Shown here in pieces: positions 12,001-22,440 of a stretch of DNA of 64,000 nucleotides. Numbering within the stretch: the stretch's first letter is position 1; each line of letters begins with the position of its first letter. A program made the translations under genes and the position numbers. Origin of the DNA: a virus (taxonomy: Duplodnaviria > Caudoviricetes); the IMG/VR virus record IMGVR_UViG_2840842423_000001, positions 64,001 to 128,000 of that record. The stretch is one strand, 5' to 3'. The notes below the pieces were generated by a model that saw only the letters and a list, made by a program, of their open reading frames with translations, did no database searches and was not told the origin of the DNA.

Positions 12001-15000
12001 TATACAATCAGTTCCACCAATTACAGTCAGAGCGTTTAGAATGGCTTAAGGAATACACTAATAGCAACAGTATAAAAGATAATGAATACTATAGACATAT
12101 GGCTTATAAGGTCATACATGAGGATATAGTATTATATAGTCTACAATTAATTATGAATGATCATACACCAGAGTTAACAGTACAGCAAAATAAATTGCAA
12201 CATACTTGATTATATTGTATAATGTCAGACAGATAGGAGAGTGTACAACACAGTGTATGATCAAAAGACATTAGGTTTATTAGGTGGAAAAGAACTACTG
12301 GAGCAAAAAATCAAAGCTAATAATTTTATGGGGGGTAAAATATTTACTCAACAATGGGTATTACTGGCATTCTCTTTTCACGGTTGCAAGCATACTAATT
12401 TTTTAACTATTTCAAAACGTGGAAAATATAATCTCATTGGAGAATACATTTTCATATTTTACAAAATTTCATTGTTCAGACATAAAAAGATAAAAACAAT
12501 TGAGGATGTAACAAATGATATTGTATTATCGACATTCGAGAAAGAAACAAAGTTAAAATTAGCGGATAAAGTGATCCAGTGAATAATATTGATTATCTAA
12601 TAAATAATTAATATTATATTGACATTTATATACTTTGTATGGTACAATGTAATTAAGAGTTAAAAGACACAAAGATAAATAATAAATTAGGAGTGAGTTA
12701 TTATGATTAAGAAGGTAGTGTTAACAAGCAGTGGAATTAAAAACAAACAGGTTATAGAACATGAAAAAATCAACGATTTTCAAACATATTTGCTAAAGGA
12801 TCAGTTAAACGATTTAGAAAATAATTATGATAAAGAAGAACAGGAGCAGTATAAAAGACATTTATTATTATTGGTGGAAGTAGACAAACATCTATTCACT
12901 GTATGTCATTTAGATCAAATTGAAATGATAAAACAGTATGATGGCAACCAAATATTAGAAATGCTTATCAGCAATTTCAATAAAGAGTTATCGGGTAATA
13001 AAGCTATCAATTGGGGAATGGCACAATATTTAAATAAAGAAGATGAATTTAATCAAGTAAAAGAAAATAAAAGAAAAGAAAATGAACGATACAAATTAGA
13101 ACAAAAACAAATACGAGAAGAAAAAGAAAAGCAACATCAGAAAGAACGTGATAGAGAGTTAGAAACATCTTTAAATGAGTTGTTAGCAGGAAATAAAATC
13201 GATAATTATGATTTTGTTGATTTATGTGACAAATACAGTATCAAATTACCTTTACGTACTAGAGGATGGGCTTTAAAGAGTTTGAACGAAATAGGCAAAG
13301 ATCAATATTCATACGGTGGCAATCCTTCTAAAGTGGTGTTCAATTATGTTGAAAAATTAATCAACGTGGCAATGACAGAACAAGCAATCTAATTGTAATA
13401 AATAATTAATAATATATTATAGGATAACTATTGCAATGTTATCCTATAAATGGTATAATGTAGCTAAGTTAAAATTAAATGGAGGTTTTACAAAATGGTA
13501 GATACTTTTAAAGTCAATCAATGTAGAAAACAGTCTGCAAAAGAAATCGGCACAGCACTCAATGAGTGTAACATGTTATTCAAATGTGATATTGAAGATC
13601 AAGCAAACAAGATTGTTTTTCATATTATAACAGATAGCGTGGATATTCAATACACAGAATTAGATAACAAAAGAATGGATAACTTTCTAAGTGTATTAAA
13701 AGATTTTGTCGTCAATAAAGAGGACATTGAAGAATTGAAAGAAGAATTGTTAGTAGTATAATTCAATAAATAAATGGAGGTTTTACAAATGGAAAAAGTA
13801 ATAATTAAAATCAAAACTGAAAATGCAGCGTTTGAAGAAGTTGGAGTAGGTAATGAATTAGCTAGAATATTAAAAGATATGGCAGATCAATTGGAAGATG
13901 CTTACAATTTTCCTAAAACATTAATGGATCTGAATGGTAATAAAGTTGGTACAGTGGAGTACGAATAAAATCACAGTTTTATCTGAAAATTTATGATACA
14001 ATTTAAAATAATATAAGGGATAGGGAGAGGTTTAAAAATGAAAAAGAAAGTTGTCGGTTTATTAATGGTAGGATTATTATTGGGAGGTACAGTCACTTAT
14101 GCAGCAACAAATTATTATGCAGATTTAATACTCAATCAAGAGGATCAAATGATGAATGAAATAAGCGAATACTATAATCAGAATTTTAAAGAAAGAGGAG
14201 AATTACAACATCGGGATATGGTGCATTACGCAACAATGGAGAGAGAATCTTTGATGGATAGAATGAAATCAAAAATAGATGAAAAAGTAGCAAGTGATGC
14301 AGATAATCGCAGAAAAGAACATGTTAAGCATATTGATAACGCAGTAACAGGACTTGAAGAAGAATTGTTGAATTATATTAATGAATTAGAATAGAGCAGG
14401 GTTTATACCTGCTATAAAGGTATATGAGCATATTCACCATGTATCCTTATAATAGGTATAAATAAACAACAATACAAGGAGATGATCTATAATGACAATA
14501 AATAAATAATATTATACTTTCGATAGTACAATAGATATGATACAATAAATTTACAGTAAGAAATCAATGAGGAGGTAATGATATGCTAACAATATTAGAT
14601 AGAGATATTGAGATAGTAGAAAACATATTAGGGGATCATAGTAGTTTAGAGGTGACACATTGTTATGATGACTCACGTTCAGTAGGAGACTTCAAAGAAG
14701 CCTTAGAAGAGGTTTTAAACAGTCTAACAGACAAAGAAGAATATATAGAAGAGTATAAAGAGGAAATTGCAGATCACCAACAGGATAAAAAGGAAATGTT
14801 AAAGCATATTAAACGACTTGAAAAGATGCTTAATAAGCGTGAAGTTAAATTTAAAAACTGGGAAGCTGTAGAAGATGATTTGAATTATTAGTACCATGGA
14901 TTGAAAATAACATATCATAATATATGGAGGTTATACAATGAGAAAGCAAACTAAAAAGCAATTGCAGGATTTTAACAATGAAGTCATTGAGATATTAGAA

Positions 15001-16293
15001 TTTTACGGTGCGAGCAGGGTCGAGAATCCTCATACTAGAATGATCACTTATATAATTGACAGTGAGAAAATTGGTGAGTTATCAATCAAACTGGAATATG
15101 AAACATCACGTATATATACAATATATACTAAGTTTGATGATCCAGAGAAAGCTGTTAAGTTTTTCAATATATCAGTACACAATGGCAAAATGAATAGTCA
15201 TGAATATAGTCCAGAACCATGTTTAACGTTTATTGATGAGTTATTGGATAACTACAATCAGATCAATGGAATTGATTCACATGCAGCTTATTTAGAGGTT
15301 AATAGCAATTAATATTAAATAGGAGGTAGTAAAAATGATTAAATTAAATGTTGGCAGCGATTATGAATTTACAGACACAGACGGAACAAAATATGAGGGA
15401 ACGCTATTTGAAAATATCAATGGTTGCTTAGGGTTTGATCTATTTGATGACAGTAGCGTAGAGAAGAGTATTGATGAAATTAAGGAAATCGAAGAAATAG
15501 CTGTATGAAACAGGAATTTTATAGTATGACTTATGATAGAATTGCAAACAAAAGGAGAGTATATTGAATGGATAAAAAGGATTTACTTATGACATTAAAA
15601 ATCGAAAGAGATTATGCTAAACGTCAAGCATTGCAGGAAATAGGTATTTTAAGAGGGATTTTAGATAAGGTAGAGCAGAGGGTTGTTGATGGTAGTATTA
15701 TAGCAGATGATGGGTTGCAAGGCAATGAGTGGCGTTTATATAAAGCATTATCGAACTTAGAACAAATGAATACTCATATAAAAAATATCAATGAATTAAA
15801 ATAGAAAATAGTATTAATTGGCAGTCTGAAATACGGCTGCCAATTAAGATAAAACTATAACAGGAGTGAATTATAATATGGGAACATTTAAAGTTATCTT
15901 TACCTATGAAAATGGTCTTACACATGTATTAACTTATAAAGATGTAATAAGAGACAAAGAGAAAATTTTACATGCAGCGTTAAAAGATAATGAACATGGT
16001 TATTCAGATATTCATTCCATACAGATTATCGAATATGACTTTTAAATTACAAAAGGGTTGTATAGGTATAAAAAGGTCATTTAAGGTTGCAAAAGGAGTT
16101 GTAACAATTGATAAAAATTTATATTCACTGGCAACATAGACAGGATCAATATATAGTTATGGCTGTTGATGGTGAAACAATATTATATTCAGATATAGTA
16201 ATGAGCGAGGTTTTAGAACTCACACTATCCATGCTAAAAGAATCTTTTTCTAGCACTCATAAAGAAATTAAAGAATACAGGAGATATATTTAA
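9039..16293 (+). CDS. Array of small hypothetical genes (9039-9368, 9471-9683, 9718-9900, 9940-10131, 10189-10464, ~10500-10676, 10709-10960, 11585-11794, 11823-12209, 12241-12582, 12703-13392, 13495-13761, 13789-13968, 14583-14891, 14938-15312, 15568-15804, 16108-16293 and others <60 aa)
   Basis: Co-oriented ORFs, most with own RBS; many junctions carry the TAAAA-N6-TTTTA site. Confidence 0.7.
10999..11143 (+). pseudogene. Small CxxC/FCxxxC protein frameshifted in a G6 run (or sequencing error)
   Basis: Removing one G at 11041-11046 gives MVKFMNTMERCLDCGGKLQENAIPIKSENGQHFCSNWCKDNWVSDTN. Confidence 0.55.
14038..14394 (+). CDS. Secreted or membrane-anchored helical protein
   Basis: MKKK + hydrophobic stretch + TYA/YAA signal-peptide-like N-terminus. 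Confidence 0.7.
   Translation: MKKKVVGLLMVGLLLGGTVTYAATNYYADLILNQEDQMMNEISEYYNQNFKERGELQHRDMVHYATMERESLMDRMKSKIDEKVASDADNRRKEHVKHIDNAVTGLEEELLNYINELE
15815..15848 (+). terminator. Stem-loop, probable terminator or processing site
   Basis: TTAATTGGCAGTC...GGCTGCCAATTAA inverted repeat after the 15568-15804 ORF; no long U tract. Confidence 0.45.
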
Positions 16294-16302
16294 AAATGAA
16301 GG

Positions 16303-17073
16303 GTGATGTTATTGATGAAAACAATTGTATTTTTAACTAGTGTATTTATAGGACTTTTTGGAGCAACGGATATTGTAAAAGCAGACGCAGAGGTAAAGGA
16401 ACAACCAACAACATTTTTTATAGTACCACACCAAGACGATGAGATGTTAACATATGGAGTTGCCATATTAAACCATACATGGCATGGAGATAATGTTCAT
16501 GTGGTATTAATGACAGATGGGGCTGCAAGTAGAGTGTATGAATTATTAAACAAAAAATTAGATAATCCATTAACTAGGCAAGAATTCAGTGAAGCAAGAT
16601 TAAAAGAATTTAAGCACAGTATGATGATTTTAGGTGTGCCAGATGAAAATATTCATGTAAAAAATTATCCAGATGGTGGTTTACAAGTAGCAGATGTTGA
16701 GAGCACAATTTTAGCAATTCAAAAAGAATATCCTAACGCAAAATTTAAAGCTATGAGTTATTTGGATGATCACAATGACCACAAAGTGTCAGGATTAGCT
16801 TTACAAAACCTGTATGACAAAGGGATAGTAAAGGATGCACGTTTCTATTTTAAACCTTCTCAATTTGGTACAGAACGTTTTAGTGGAGCAATTAAGGATA
16901 AGTACTTACCAGAGTATAAACCATTCATCCATGCAGGAGTTGAGGTTTACAAAAAGTGGCAGCCTCAAATTGGAAGATATGCAATTGGAAACACAAGTGT
17001 TGGCAAAAGTTTTGAATTGTTAAAGAATAGTCCAACTAGTATGTACCATGTTCCGGGATATAAATTGAAATGA
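16303..17073 (+). CDS. Secreted PIG-L/LmbE family N-acetylglucosaminyl deacetylase
   Basis: Signal peptide ending VKA; PHQDDE metal motif, TDG, R..E, YPDG, HNDH motifs. Confidence 0.85.
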   Translation: MMLLMKTIVFLTSVFIGLFGATDIVKADAEVKEQPTTFFIVPHQDDEMLTYGVAILNHTWHGDNVHVVLMTDGAASRVYELLNKKLDNPLTRQEFSEARLKEFKHSMMILGVPDENIHVKNYPDGGLQVADVESTILAIQKEYPNAKFKAMSYLDDHNDHKVSGLALQNLYDKGIVKDARFYFKPSQFGTERFSGAIKDKYLPEYKPFIHAGVEVYKKWQPQIGRYAIGNTSVGKSFELLKNSPTSMYHVPGYKLK

Positions 17074-17205
17074 TTTAATAAATTAAAAGTATTATATTAA
17101 TAATATATAAACAAACAATTGGAACTAATCATCAAAAATTTCAATTGTTTGTAAGATCACAAATGTAGTATAATATTATTCATAATAAGAAAAGGGGAGA
17201 ATATC

Positions 17206-17772
17206 ATGTCAAACGAAAAGTTGAAACAAATTGTCAAATCAAAATGGTTTAAATTGGGTATTGTGGGAACTGTATTAGTAGCTATTGGAGCATTTCTTTT
17301 TATGAACATTAGCAGTAAAGGAGTAGCAAAAAACTTTGCCGAGGACTATATGGATGCTGTAAAGAATGGAGAAGACACATCAGACTTCATAAGTCGTAGC
17401 GAAGAAGGCTTTATTGATGTATTTGATTATGATTATTTAAAAGAAGTTGAAATGGAGCAGGAGAAGGTTATAATGTCATTAAATTATGAGGATTATGAAA
17501 TATTGCAAGAGTATGGCGAAAAAAATGATTTTGATTCATACGATGAATTTAAAAAACATTATAAAGACTTGTTTTCAGATCATGAAATCATAAGGGAATC
17601 AGATATGTCTTTAGAGTTATGGGAGGAAGGAGAATTCAAAGATCGGTATAGCTTCCTGTATGATGTGACTATTGCTAACGGATTGGGACAGAAGATTTAC
17701 AAGAAAGCTGAATTAACTGTTGAGAAAAATGTTTTAGGAGAACATGAGATTACATTTATTGATATTAAATAA
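17206..17772 (+). CDS. Membrane-anchored extracellular protein
   Basis: Single N-terminal TM segment followed by an acidic domain. Confidence 0.65.
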   Translation: MSNEKLKQIVKSKWFKLGIVGTVLVAIGAFLFMNISSKGVAKNFAEDYMDAVKNGEDTSDFISRSEEGFIDVFDYDYLKEVEMEQEKVIMSLNYEDYEILQEYGEKNDFDSYDEFKKHYKDLFSDHEIIRESDMSLELWEEGEFKDRYSFLYDVTIANGLGQKIYKKAELTVEKNVLGEHEITFIDIK

Positions 17773-17848
17773 AACGATTAGATGGCTATGAGTAATGTGC
17801 ATCTTATATTTACGTTGCTCATAATATCACTGGCACACGGAGGGTTGT

Positions 17849-18079
17849 ATGGAGAATAACAATAGCTACAAACTCAATTTAGCAATGGAAAAGACTGAAC
17901 GACTATTTCAGCTTAGTGTAATCAACGCATATGAATACGGGCAATTAAATCGTTATTTTATAAGTAAGTATAGCAGCACAAAACTAAGCAGAATGTTTAA
18001 GAAGGACTACAATCCTTCTTCTGATAAACTTAAAAATATTATATGTACTGTAAATAAGGAAATCATAAAAGGAGACTAA
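17849..18079 (+). CDS. Small hypothetical protein
   Basis: GGAGG RBS; closely coupled to the XRE gene. Confidence 0.55.
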   Translation: MENNNSYKLNLAMEKTERLFQLSVINAYEYGQLNRYFISKYSSTKLSRMFKKDYNPSSDKLKNIICTVNKEIIKGD

Positions 18080-18083
18080 CAAT

Positions 18084-18302
18084 ATGATCAATTTAAAACT
18101 AAAGGAATATCTAAAGGAAAAGAAAATTAGTATACAGTGGCTACATGAGGTGACTGGAATTAGATACGCAACGTTATATAATATGATCCACAAGAAACAC
18201 AAGAGTATAAATTTAAAATATCTATATTCTATAATGGATGCATTGAATGTTAGAGATATGAGTTTAATATTTGAAAAACAAGCAAAAGAAAGGAAGTCTT
18301 AA
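18084..18302 (+). CDS. XRE/Cro-type HTH transcriptional regulator
   Basis: LKEYLKEKKISIQWLHEVTGIRYATLYNM...INLKYL..IMDALNV pattern. Confidence 0.85.
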   Translation: MINLKLKEYLKEKKISIQWLHEVTGIRYATLYNMIHKKHKSINLKYLYSIMDALNVRDMSLIFEKQAKERKS

Positions 18303-18538
18303 TATGTTAACAACAGTAGGAGCTATTCCTTACGATGGATTTAAAGAGAGGGTTAATATTATAAAGATGTTAGAGAACAGTTATAAAGGTGCAAAGATTC
18401 GATTTGATGATGATATTGTATCTTATGAGTATAAAGTAAAAGATAATTAATAATATATTGACATCCTTCATATTATGTGATACACTTAATGTACGTTATT
18501 AAGAACAGTCACATGATGATAAAAGGAGGATGTAAAAG

Positions 18539-18727
18539 ATGGGAAAAGTTATTGATCTACAGGAATACAGAATTGAGCAACAGTACATAGCATTCTATTC
18601 TACACGTTTGGACTTATCTAAGGACATACAGTATAAAGATAAAGAGAACAGACGTGATGCGGCTAAAAAGATGCAATTAAGCTACATGAGAGTGCTAACT
18701 TATGGTATTGATAATAAGACAAGTTAG
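18539..18727 (+). CDS. Small hypothetical protein, first gene after the promoter at 18458
   Basis: AAGGAGG RBS; MGKVIDLQEYR N-terminus. Confidence 0.65.
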   Translation: MGKVIDLQEYRIEQQYIAFYSTRLDLSKDIQYKDKENRRDAAKKMQLSYMRVLTYGIDNKTS

Positions 18728-18827
18728 GAGAGGTTGTGATATGAAATAGTTGTATTTTTACATTGATTGAAATATCGCTGGCTTTATTTACAAATGATCA
18801 AACAATAATATAAAGGGAGAGATTAAG

Positions 18828-19670
18828 ATGAATGGATTAGCAGTTAAAGAAGTGGAGTTTAATGGTGATGTGTTGTTAGCGGCACAAGACAAACAAAGTG
18901 AAAAGGTGTATATTACAGTTGCAGGAGTTTGTGAAGGAATAGGTTTAAATGAAAACCAAAAGGATAGGCAAGTTAAAAATATACAAAGTGATATTGTTCT
19001 GTCACAAGGGGTTAAAAACCTCTCCGTCAAATTTGACGGACAGTCCAGACACGTTGTGGGAGTAGAGTTAGATTTTCTTCCATTGTGGTTAGCTAAGATT
19101 TCTATTACGCCAAAGATGAAAAAAGAATTACCTAAAATGGTTGATAAATTAATCGAATATCAGATTAAGGCAAAAGAAGTTCTTGCTAATGCTTTTGTTC
19201 ATAATGTGACTCAAATTGTACCACAGAATTACAAAGAGTCTTTAAAGGCTTTACTGGCAGAAGTTGAAAAGAACGAAGAGTTAGAGCAGACTATTTTGAT
19301 TCAAGAACCTAAAGTTAAGGAGCATGAACACTTTATAGCGAGTAGAGGATTGCAGGAAATGGGATCAGTCTCAAAGTCTTTAAAAGTTGGTAGAACATAT
19401 CTGTTTCGCTTTCTACGAGAGGATGATGTTAAGGTTATGATGAAGGGCAGAGTTACGCCTTATCAAAGTTACATTGATCGTGGCTGGTTCACAGTTATAA
19501 TGAGAACCAAAAATGGGATGACAAGACCGAAGACATATGTTACACCAAAAGGTGTTAGTGGTATTAGTAAGTTGCTAAGAAAGCATATAGACAAATATCC
19601 ATATATGTATAAGTTTAAAGATGTGGTATTTACACAATCTGAATTATCGCAGGCAAATAAAGATAAATAA
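18828..19670 (+). CDS. Phage antirepressor (P22_AR_N-like N-terminal + KilAC/ANT C-terminal)
   Basis: VEFNGD..VCEGIGL..FLPLWLAKI N-terminal; PKV..GRTYLFRFLRE..PYQSYIDRGWF..TYVTPKG C-terminal. Confidence 0.85.
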   Translation: MNGLAVKEVEFNGDVLLAAQDKQSEKVYITVAGVCEGIGLNENQKDRQVKNIQSDIVLSQGVKNLSVKFDGQSRHVVGVELDFLPLWLAKISITPKMKKELPKMVDKLIEYQIKAKEVLANAFVHNVTQIVPQNYKESLKALLAEVEKNEELEQTILIQEPKVKEHEHFIASRGLQEMGSVSKSLKVGRTYLFRFLREDDVKVMMKGRVTPYQSYIDRGWFTVIMRTKNGMTRPKTYVTPKGVSGISKLLRKHIDKYPYMYKFKDVVFTQSELSQANKDK

Positions 19671-19830
19671 TAACAGATAAATCAATTATATTTATCTGTT
19701 ATAGTTATACATAATAAATATTATAAAAAAATCATGTATATTGCAAATACTTCTTGACTATACTTGTATTGTATGGTATTGTTTACTTAATGAGACATAC
19801 ATAACCAATATTATAAAAGGAAGTGAGAAC

Positions 19831-19965
19831 ATGTTAACAGATTTACTAGGCTATTACAAAAGGAATGTAAATAAAATGTCGGATCAGCAGATTAAGAAGT
19901 CTAAACATGATTTAGAACAAATTTTACGAATCATGGACAAAAAACTAATTAAGGATGTGGTATAA
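19831..19965 (+). CDS. Small protein immediately upstream of the yopP-like gene
   Basis: AAAGGAAG RBS before ATG 19831; stop abuts the recombinase start. Confidence 0.5.
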   Translation: MLTDLLGYYKRNVNKMSDQQIKKSKHDLEQILRIMDKKLIKDVV

Positions 19966-21012
19966 ATGTTGGCTGAAAAGGTTGTACCAATTAAAAATGA
20001 AAATGATGATGGTAGTAAAAGAGGATTCAATACAGAAGTATATGATCAGATTATGAGATTCATCAGAGACTTCTCAAGATCAAGTGAGAATACTGGATCT
20101 GCATATGAAAGAGATATTAGAAACTTCTTTCTTAAAACTAGAGACAAACAAATTGAACATTTAATCAAAAATGATTTAGAATATACAATAGAAGAGTTTG
20201 AGGATTACTATGCTTATCTTATCGATGAACGTAAAGTCTCTATTGTTACAGCGAACAGATATATTGGAGCTATAAGTGAATGTATAAAACACTTAAGAAG
20301 AAGAAGGCTGATTAATGATATATCCTTTTTAGACATTAAGAAGCACTCGGGAACGACTGACAGATACGGTATACTAACACTCAATGAAGTTGAGAAGATG
20401 GCAGAATTAGCTTCTAAACAAGGCAGAGGGAACATAGGAAGAATTAAGCAGCTGATGATACTCTTTGCATTAGATACTTGCGCAAGGCGGAATGATTGTC
20501 TTACAATCAAATGGTCTAACTTTACAGTGAATGAACATGATGTAGGTATTCACATGATTGGAAAAGGTAACAAAGACTTTAAACCTTCAATTAGTAAAGA
20601 ATTTTATAATGAGTTGTTGACTCTTAAACAATCTGAGAGTGAGTTTGTTTTCAATATACATGTTAATACAGTTAATAGAATGATGGATGATTTAAGAAGA
20701 GACATGAATATCCCAAAAGAAAGAAATATTGTATTCCATTCATTTAAGAAGACTGGTGTACAGTTTATTTGGAAAAAGACTGGTGACATTAATCAAGCTA
20801 GGAAAGCAGCCAATCACAGCAGTATCAAAACAACAGATATTTATATCAATAGAGAAGAGAATTACGGTATCATGGGTGCTATTTCATCTGGATCAAGTGT
20901 TGATGAAGAATTGTTTGAGGGAGCTAGTCATGAAGAATTATTGAAAGCAATTAGAGGATTAGGAAAAGACCAACAGATGTATATTAATTTACAATTAAAC
21001 AAACAAAAATAA
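19966..21012 (+). CDS. yopP: Tyrosine recombinase/integrase-family protein, SPbeta YopP (SroD)-like
   Basis: SAM-like N-domain; DTCARR (R), GKGNK (K), FHSFKK (H-x-x-K instead of R), ANHSSIKTTDIY (H,Y); synteny with yopQ/yopR. Confidence 0.8.
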   Translation: MLAEKVVPIKNENDDGSKRGFNTEVYDQIMRFIRDFSRSSENTGSAYERDIRNFFLKTRDKQIEHLIKNDLEYTIEEFEDYYAYLIDERKVSIVTANRYIGAISECIKHLRRRRLINDISFLDIKKHSGTTDRYGILTLNEVEKMAELASKQGRGNIGRIKQLMILFALDTCARRNDCLTIKWSNFTVNEHDVGIHMIGKGNKDFKPSISKEFYNELLTLKQSESEFVFNIHVNTVNRMMDDLRRDMNIPKERNIVFHSFKKTGVQFIWKKTGDINQARKAANHSSIKTTDIYINREENYGIMGAISSGSSVDEELFEGASHEELLKAIRGLGKDQQMYINLQLNKQK

Positions 21013-21080
21013 AATTGGTAAAACTTACCTTTACATTAATTAGATAACAGTATATTATAAAATTAGAGGAGTGTTAAATT

Positions 21081-22421
21081 GTGAAACAAGATAAAACTCG
21101 TCAAGAATTAGAAGAAAATTTGATACAACCGACTTTATCAGTGAAAAGAAAACGAAAGATTGTACAAGAGATTAAAGATAGCTTATTCAATAATCACAAA
21201 ATAATTGGTGGAAATACACAATCTTGGATCAATGATCCAGAAACTGAATTACCATTGTTAGATTGGAGAATACTATACTTATTTGCCAAACAAATCCATT
21301 CTAAAATTAATCAATCTAATATTAACCCGGATCATTTTTACACAGAGGTAGAAGCTAAGAAGGCACAACAGTATACCGGAAACTTAACAATAATGGAAGA
21401 TGTATCACTTCCTATGGTATTCAATGACGTTACAGAATTAAGATATGGAACGTATTTAACTCATATTAGCGCAAAACTACTAGCTCAAATGAGTTCAACA
21501 TTGTTAAATTATAATTTTGACATACAAAGAGAAGCGACCAAAATAACAAGGAACAATGAGACAATCAAAGAAGCTACTTTAGTTTTGAAAAACGTATTAG
21601 AAATTAAAAGTCATTTAAAACAAGATTCATTAGAATCAACAAATATTGTATTTAATGCAGCAATAGGTACAGCAGACGATGGAGATGAATTAACTTACAA
21701 TCCAGAAACTAAACAACTACAGATTAACAAGGGCACAATTATTGACATTGTAGATGGATATCACAGGTGCAAAGGAAGTGAGTTAGCTCTAAACGAAAAT
21801 CCAGATATCAATTTTAAATTTTCATTAATTATATTAAACTATACAGATGACCGAGCTGCCAATTATCAAGGGCAGTTAGCAGAAGCAACACCAATGTCTA
21901 AACCAAAGAAGAAACAACTGTCATCTAAAAGACATTCTGATGCTATTGTAAGAGAACTAATGACACAATCCGAACTAAAGGACAAAGTGGCTGTTGCCCG
22001 TGTTCCAAGTGCACGTAATAAAGAATTAGTAACTTACGATGTCTTATCTGATACCATTGATGAACAATTTAAATTGGATAGAATGATTGATGTTCATAAA
22101 GTAACTAATTATCTAAAAACTTATTTTAATATCCTGTTAGGTGAATATGCAGAACAATTCATAGAGAACCCTATTGAGTGGAAAAAGAAATCGGTCATGG
22201 TTGAGAATAACATGTTTATAGGCTATATTGTTTTAGCAAGAAGAATGTATGAACTAGGAATAGATGCAGTAAACGTTATTGATTATATAGATAGTATTGA
22301 TTTTGATAAAAATAACGAGTTGTGGCAAGATATAGGATTCTTAAATGAAGATAAAAATTTAAATAAAACTATGTCAGCGAGAAATGCTATAGAAAACTAC
22401 TTTAAACAATTGGAATTGTAA
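21081..22421 (+). CDS. yopQ: DndB/ParB-like (DGxHR) protein, SPbeta YopQ (SroE)-like
   Basis: IVDGYHR motif, YNFDIQRE; 446 aa between two integrase-fold genes. Confidence 0.75.
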   Translation: MKQDKTRQELEENLIQPTLSVKRKRKIVQEIKDSLFNNHKIIGGNTQSWINDPETELPLLDWRILYLFAKQIHSKINQSNINPDHFYTEVEAKKAQQYTGNLTIMEDVSLPMVFNDVTELRYGTYLTHISAKLLAQMSSTLLNYNFDIQREATKITRNNETIKEATLVLKNVLEIKSHLKQDSLESTNIVFNAAIGTADDGDELTYNPETKQLQINKGTIIDIVDGYHRCKGSELALNENPDINFKFSLIILNYTDDRAANYQGQLAEATPMSKPKKKQLSSKRHSDAIVRELMTQSELKDKVAVARVPSARNKELVTYDVLSDTIDEQFKLDRMIDVHKVTNYLKTYFNILLGEYAEQFIENPIEWKKKSVMVENNMFIGYIVLARRMYELGIDAVNVIDYIDSIDFDKNNELWQDIGFLNEDKNLNKTMSARNAIENYFKQLEL

Positions 22422-22440
22422 CCAAAAGGAGTGTAAGATA

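Larger units (their letters stand above)
2107..14560 (+). repeat. Class I repeated early promoter cassette (AATAAATAAWWAATATTATA-box, -35, TG, -10, ..AGTTAAG)
   Basis: -35/-10 pairs at 2141/2164, 2919/2943, 4928/4952, 6262/6286, 7330/7353, 7840/7863, 8323/8346, 9393/9416, 12619/12643, 13431/13454, 14518/14541; related copies at 18458/18481 and 32764/32787. Confidence 0.85.

Noticed and set aside
14038-14394. Arbitrium AimP pro-peptide
   Set aside because: 118 aa is much longer than AimP and no AimR-like TPR gene is adjacent
2107-14560. Repeats as a CRISPR array
   Set aside because: Copies are hundreds to thousands of bp apart, separated by whole genes, and contain -35/-10 promoter elements; no cas genes seen
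21081-22421. Phosphorothioate (dnd) system
   Set aside because: Only a DndB-like DGxHR domain with no dndACDE; synteny identifies it as YopQ-like
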